This document shows positions 59,580-64,000 of a stretch of 64,000 nucleotides of DNA, piece after piece. Below the pieces are notes generated by a model. It was given only the letters and a program-made list of their open reading frames with translations, searched no databases and was not told the origin of the DNA. Source of the DNA: Minisyncoccia bacterium (lineage in GTDB: Bacteria; Patescibacteriota; Minisyncoccia; Phycocordibacterales; UBA9973); contig JBGATK010000006.1 in the NCBI GenBank assembly GCA_044229265.1, positions 8,232 through 72,231 of the forward strand. The letters are read 5' to 3'. A program made the translations under genes and the position numbers. Each line of letters opens with the position of its first letter. Position 1 is the first letter of the stretch.

Positions 59580-60551
59580 TTACTCTTGTTTTAGGAACTC
59601 GTCAACTATGTTTTTTACTTCAATATAACTATTAGAATCCATGAGCTTTACTCGCAGTTCTTTGGCTCTATCAAAACCATTTACATAAGCTTTGTAATGT
59701 TTTTTCATAATTGCGAAATTTTTGATACCAGAAAAAGTATCTTCAAAAAGTTTTGTATGTTCTAGCATTACTTTAAGTTTCTCTTTTATATTTGGTTTAG
59801 CTTCATTTGAAAACAACCAAGGGTTTCCAAATATAGCTCTGCCAAACATCACACCATCACAACCAGTTTCTTTACATTTCTTTTTTGCATCATCTATGTC
59901 TACGACATCGCCATTACCTATGATTAAAGTTTCAGGAGAAATTTCGTCGCGAAGTTTTATAATAGATGGCATTAGCTCCCAGTGCGCAGGCACATCCGAC
60001 ATTTCTTTGCGTGTGCGCAAATGCACAGTTAAAACTGGTAATTTTAGTTCCAGTAGTGAACGAATCCAAGTATCTATTTCATTCTTGTTATAACCAATTC
60101 TAGTTTTGACTGAGACAGGAATTTCCCCTGCTCCAATGCGAGCGCCCTCTATCACCAATCTAGCCTTTTCAAAATCTTTTATCATGCTCGCTCCTGCTCC
60201 TTGTTTCTCTACACTTTTATCAGGGCAACCCATATTTATATCTATACCATTAAAACCAAGTTCTCTGCACAGGGCTGAAGCAGTCTTTATATTCTCCGGA
60301 TTACTACCAAATATCTGCGCCACTATTGGGTGCTCAGCTTTATCGAATTTTAAATCTATCATGAGTTTCTTCATCGCCACAGGGTGAGCAAGGCCATCGG
60401 CAGACACAAATTCAGTCCACAAAACATCGGGTTTACCGTATTTGTTTATAATATTCCGAAAAGCATAATCAGTAACATCGGCCATTGGTGCCATGACAAA
60501 AAATCCTCCTTCTTTTTTCTTTAATTTTTGCCAAATATTTTCTTTATTCAC
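59580..60551 (-). CDS. tRNA-dihydrouridine synthase
   Basis: APMADVTD, DINMGCP, VSVKTRIG, NGDV, GRA..GNPW; GTG start assumed. Confidence 0.93.
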   Translation of the reverse strand: MNKENIWQKLKKKEGGFFVMAPMADVTDYAFRNIINKYGKPDVLWTEFVSADGLAHPVAMKKLMIDLKFDKAEHPIVAQIFGSNPENIKTASALCRELGFNGIDINMGCPDKSVEKQGAGASMIKDFEKARLVIEGARIGAGEIPVSVKTRIGYNKNEIDTWIRSLLELKLPVLTVHLRTRKEMSDVPAHWELMPSIIKLRDEISPETLIIGNGDVVDIDDAKKKCKETGCDGVMFGRAIFGNPWLFSNEAKPNIKEKLKVMLEHTKLFEDTFSGIKNFAIMKKHYKAYVNGFDRAKELRVKLMDSNSYIEVKNIVDEFLKQE

Positions 60552-61413
60552 TGAATTTGAAATATACCTTATTACCAAAGCGTAGGTCAATATATAAAAG
60601 TTTTTGATATTTTTCTTTAATTTCTGTTTTTAATGGTTCAGCAACAAGAGCACTTTTCAAATTCTCTATTAATTTTTGAGCATTATCTACTTGATTAAAA
60701 ATAATTTTTGGAGCATTTGGAGGTTCAGTATTATCTTTTAAATAAAATTCTGTTTCTCCATCAGCTTTATGGAAAAGAGCCACAGGCCGTAAACCTAAAC
60801 TCTCAAGTTCTTTTTTAAAGAAAATATAATTCTCAAAATTTTCTTTAGCAAAATATCCATTTATTTTTCCTATTTCACCTAAAACTCCAAAAAATCTAAA
60901 ATATATATCCCCAGCAAAATACGGAGCTTCATCAAAAACAAAACCAGCATTGTCAGCAAAATAACATTTTGTATCTGCCAAAGAAACGCCTTCGGTAAAA
61001 CCCTCACCACACCAAGTATAACTACCACTACGTTCAACCATATTTACATAAAGTATATTACCTGTTTTTAATTCTATTTTTATATTAGTCAATCTAGGAA
61101 ACTCATTTTCTAAATTTTTAATTATTAGATTTTCAGGAATTAAAGCTATGTTATTTTTTGGAAATACAAAAAAATTATATCCACTAATAGATGAAGAAAT
61201 ATTTTCTAAAATATCTGTTTTATCTATAACACTATTGCCTTTGATATCTATACTTGAAATACGTAGTTTAGAATACCGTGAAAGAGCTACTAGTGTAGCC
61301 AAGAATACAAAAAAACATACTAAAATAATCACAAGATTTTTCTTATGTTTCTTTTTCCTAGCGTTTTTATTTTCTAAAACACGAGGAGAATTTAATATGT
61401 GTTTCTTTTCCAT
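60544..61413 (-). CDS. FtsQ/DivIB-like cell division protein
   Basis: Basic N-tail, TM, I.IKGN POTRA-like segment, YIDLRF C-terminus. Confidence 0.7.
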   Translation of the reverse strand: MEKKHILNSPRVLENKNARKKKHKKNLVIILVCFFVFLATLVALSRYSKLRISSIDIKGNSVIDKTDILENISSSISGYNFFVFPKNNIALIPENLIIKNLENEFPRLTNIKIELKTGNILYVNMVERSGSYTWCGEGFTEGVSLADTKCYFADNAGFVFDEAPYFAGDIYFRFFGVLGEIGKINGYFAKENFENYIFFKKELESLGLRPVALFHKADGETEFYLKDNTEPPNAPKIIFNQVDNAQKLIENLKSALVAEPLKTEIKEKYQKLLYIDLRFGNKVYFKFSE

Positions 61414-61433
61414 TTAAAGAAAATTACAAAAAA

Positions 61434-62744
61434 TTATCTGATAAATTCTTTGCCTCCCATGTATCCTCGCAAAACTTCAGGGATTTTCACAGAGCCGTCA
61501 GCTTGCTGATAATTTTCTATTATAGCGATCAATATTCTACCCAGAGCACAAGCAGTAGCATCATTCATATGCACGAGTTCGTTTTCACCATTTTCCCTTT
61601 TTACTTTTGTATTTAAACGACGAGATTGAAAACTAGTCATGAGATCAGCAGTATGAGTTTCCCTGAAAGTATCTTGCCCTGGCATCCATGTATTTATATC
61701 TATCTGCCTTGAATCAGGTTTACCCATATCACCTGTGCAAACTATCATAACTTCGTGAGGTAATTTTAAAGATTGGAGTAAATATTCTTGAATACCTACG
61801 AGAAGCTCTTGTTCTTGAATAGAAGTTTCTGGTAAACAAAAAGTTTCCATTTCCATTTTTTCAAATTGATGCACACGCAGTATGCCTCGAGTATCTTTTC
61901 CATAAGTTCCTGCTTCGCGACGAAAGGCTGGAGAGTATCCTATATAACGCACTGGCATTTCATTTTCCATAAAAGTATGGTTCATATGCATTGGGCCCAT
62001 GGTGTGTTCTGCACTACCTATCAAATACAAATCATCTTCTGCTAAATGATAGCGATCTTCTTTTGGATGAAGCCTGCCCATTTTTAAGAAAGTATTAGGA
62101 TTTATCATAAAAGGAGGAATTACTGGCTTAAAAGGTTTTGGACTTATATTTAAATTTTTACTATCTATTATTTGTTTTAAAGTTTCTTCATTGGTGCAAA
62201 TTTCAAATACAAAATTTATGAGAGCAAATTGTAGTAAAACCAAATCACCTTTCAAATATGTAAAACGACTGCCGACAACTTCTGCTGCAGTTTCATTGTC
62301 GATAATTCCAAGAAAGTTTCCTATTTCAACATGATCTTTTACTTTAAAATCAAAAACTGGTTTTTCACCCCAAGTGCGCAAAACAACATTTCCAGATTCA
62401 TCAGGACCTATTGGGGTATCAGCTGAAGGTAAATTTGGAACGTCCAGCATTATTTTTTGCCAATCTGTCATGACTTCTTTGAGTGCATCTTCTTTAATTT
62501 TTATATCATCTTTTACAAGACGCATTTCTTCAATAGTTTGGACTTTTAAAGAAGGGTCAGTATTGCGACTAATTGCTATAGATACTCGATTCACCTCGGC
62601 ACGCAAGGTTTCAAGAGCGCGCATTATTTCAAGGCGTTTATCATCGAGCTTTATAAGGGCTTCAACATCAATTTCGATATTTTTTTTCTTAGCTCCAGCT
62701 TTTATTAATTCCGCATTTTCACGGATGAATTTTATATCTAACAT
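61434..62744 (-). CDS. serS: serine--tRNA ligase
   Basis: MLDIKFIREN, FRREAG..GKDTRG..RVHQF. Confidence 0.97.
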   Translation of the reverse strand: MLDIKFIRENAELIKAGAKKKNIEIDVEALIKLDDKRLEIMRALETLRAEVNRVSIAISRNTDPSLKVQTIEEMRLVKDDIKIKEDALKEVMTDWQKIMLDVPNLPSADTPIGPDESGNVVLRTWGEKPVFDFKVKDHVEIGNFLGIIDNETAAEVVGSRFTYLKGDLVLLQFALINFVFEICTNEETLKQIIDSKNLNISPKPFKPVIPPFMINPNTFLKMGRLHPKEDRYHLAEDDLYLIGSAEHTMGPMHMNHTFMENEMPVRYIGYSPAFRREAGTYGKDTRGILRVHQFEKMEMETFCLPETSIQEQELLVGIQEYLLQSLKLPHEVMIVCTGDMGKPDSRQIDINTWMPGQDTFRETHTADLMTSFQSRRLNTKVKRENGENELVHMNDATACALGRILIAIIENYQQADGSVKIPEVLRGYMGGKEFIR

Positions 62745-62790
62745 ATTTCTATTATATATTATTATTGATATAATTCAAATATATACTTTT

Positions 62791-63666
62791 ATGAAAATAA
62801 GTAAATTACAAAGGAGTAAATTTCCAAGTAGCTTACTCGAATTACCTCAACCGCCAGAGAATCTATACTATTTAGGAAACATAGAAGAATATCTGGAAAA
62901 TCCAGATCTAATTTATTTATGCATAGTCGGCTCACGAAAATACACTACTTATGGCAAGGATATTTGTGAGAAAATAATTACTGGTTTAAAAGGCTATCCT
63001 ATTGTAATTGTTTCTGGTTTTGCTATGGGTATAGATACTATAGCCCACAGGACTGCTATAAAAAATAATATGAGGACTTTAGTTTTTCCAGGATCAGGAT
63101 TATCCAAAGAAGCAATATTCCCAAAAATTAATGCAAACTTTATGGACGAAATTTTAAACGCTGGTGGATGTTTTATTTCCGAGTGGGAGCCAGAGTTCAA
63201 AGCTCAGCATTGGACCTTCCCTATGCGCAACAGACTCATGGCAGGAATGAGCAGGGCCATACTAGTAATAGAAGCCGAAGAAAAGTCTGGCACACTTATC
63301 ACTGCCAGGCTTGCCATAGAATACAATAAAGATTTGCTTGCAGTTCCAGGATCAGTTTTTTCGAGTTCTTCTAAAGGCACAAATAAATTAATCCGCCAAG
63401 GGGCAGTGCCAATAACATGCGGTGAAGATGTATTGCAAGAGCTTGGTTTTGATTTAAAAAAAGATGAAAATAAGCAATTAGAACTTTTTGAAGAATTAAA
63501 TATTGATGAGAAAAAAGTTTTAGAAATATTACGCGAGCCGATGGATCGTGATGAATTACTTCGCGCAATGAAAATGCCTATAGGAAATGCGAATACCCTA
63601 CTCTCAGTTATGGAAATAAAAGGTTTAATAAAAGAAGAGCTCGGCCAAATCCGCTCGAATTTTTAG
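62791..63666 (+). CDS. dprA: DNA-processing protein DprA
   Basis: IVGSR..T.YG, VSGFAMGIDT.AH, FPMRNR, SGTLITA. Confidence 0.95.
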   Translation: MKISKLQRSKFPSSLLELPQPPENLYYLGNIEEYLENPDLIYLCIVGSRKYTTYGKDICEKIITGLKGYPIVIVSGFAMGIDTIAHRTAIKNNMRTLVFPGSGLSKEAIFPKINANFMDEILNAGGCFISEWEPEFKAQHWTFPMRNRLMAGMSRAILVIEAEEKSGTLITARLAIEYNKDLLAVPGSVFSSSSKGTNKLIRQGAVPITCGEDVLQELGFDLKKDENKQLELFEELNIDEKKVLEILREPMDRDELLRAMKMPIGNANTLLSVMEIKGLIKEELGQIRSNF

Positions 63667-63735
63667 AAATAAAAAAAGCCTCCCCGTATTGCTACGGTTC
63701 GGCTTAACGAATGGCTAAATTCACGTTCAAAATCT

Positions 63736-64000
63736 TTAGGTTTTTGGACTTCGCCCTGAACCTGTTTTTCTTACTCCTGGTAGATAGTAATTGACCCTTG
63801 CAGAATCAAATAAAATTTTTGATCCTTCTCCTTTGTTAAGTTTCCAGAACTTTGGTGTTCCTGAAGACTTTTTTGAATCAAAAGCAATTGAATCAGGATG
63901 ATTTGGCCAAGTGCAAAGATAAAATTCTTTAGTTTCAGATTCCATATCTACGCAATATGTCAGGAATGGATCACCTGAAATACTCATATCTGGATCTTTA
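63736..64000 (-). CDS. hypothetical protein, 5' end probably outside the window
   Basis: Frame open to the window edge. Confidence 0.45.
   Translation of the reverse strand, partial: KDPDMSISGDPFLTYCVDMESETKEFYLCTWPNHPDSIAFDSKKSSGTPKFWKLNKGEGSKILFDSARVNYYLPGVRKTGSGRSPKT

Noticed and set aside
62374-62790. Long N-terminal extension of DprA (similarly for rplU, AI-2E, ftsW, mraY, PBP2)
   Set aside because: Overlaps the neighbouring gene or promoter; recognisable sequence begins at the downstream start

Overview
AT-rich chromosomal segment of a Patescibacteria (CPR) bacterium, most likely Parcubacteria. This is inferred from the gene content, the presence of L9, genetic code 11 and CPR-typical protein families. 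It is mostly housekeeping: tRNA-Ile plus a complete F1Fo ATP synthase operon, rsmI, priA, mreB, frr, rseP, dnaK, cysS, rplU, recR, dnaB, trpS, aspS, pepN, scpAB, PBP2, rplI, rpmA, gltX, murG-ftsW-mraY, tRNA-Gln, dnaX, dus, serS and dprA. It also carries a type II R-M pair, a large repeat surface protein and several ORFans. No CRISPR array, rRNA or intact transposase was seen. The most unusual signal lies below gene scale: about a dozen 21-68 bp palindromic mini-elements of several families, nearly all in the first 23 kb. Some sit in frame inside conserved proteins (AtpG, RsmI, HolB-like, DnaK tail). Three interrupt short relic copies of gene ends that lie beside an intact copy of the same gene (the 5' end of tRNA-Ile, and both ends of a Zn-ribbon gene). 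A 68-bp MITE in the start of rsmI supplies a new start codon from its own terminal repeat. Many genes have an extended -10 box 6-8 nt before the start codon, suggesting widespread leaderless mRNA. A decayed island with a recombinase-like remnant lies next to tRNA-Gln. All calls come from reading the sequence by eye; no database searches were run.
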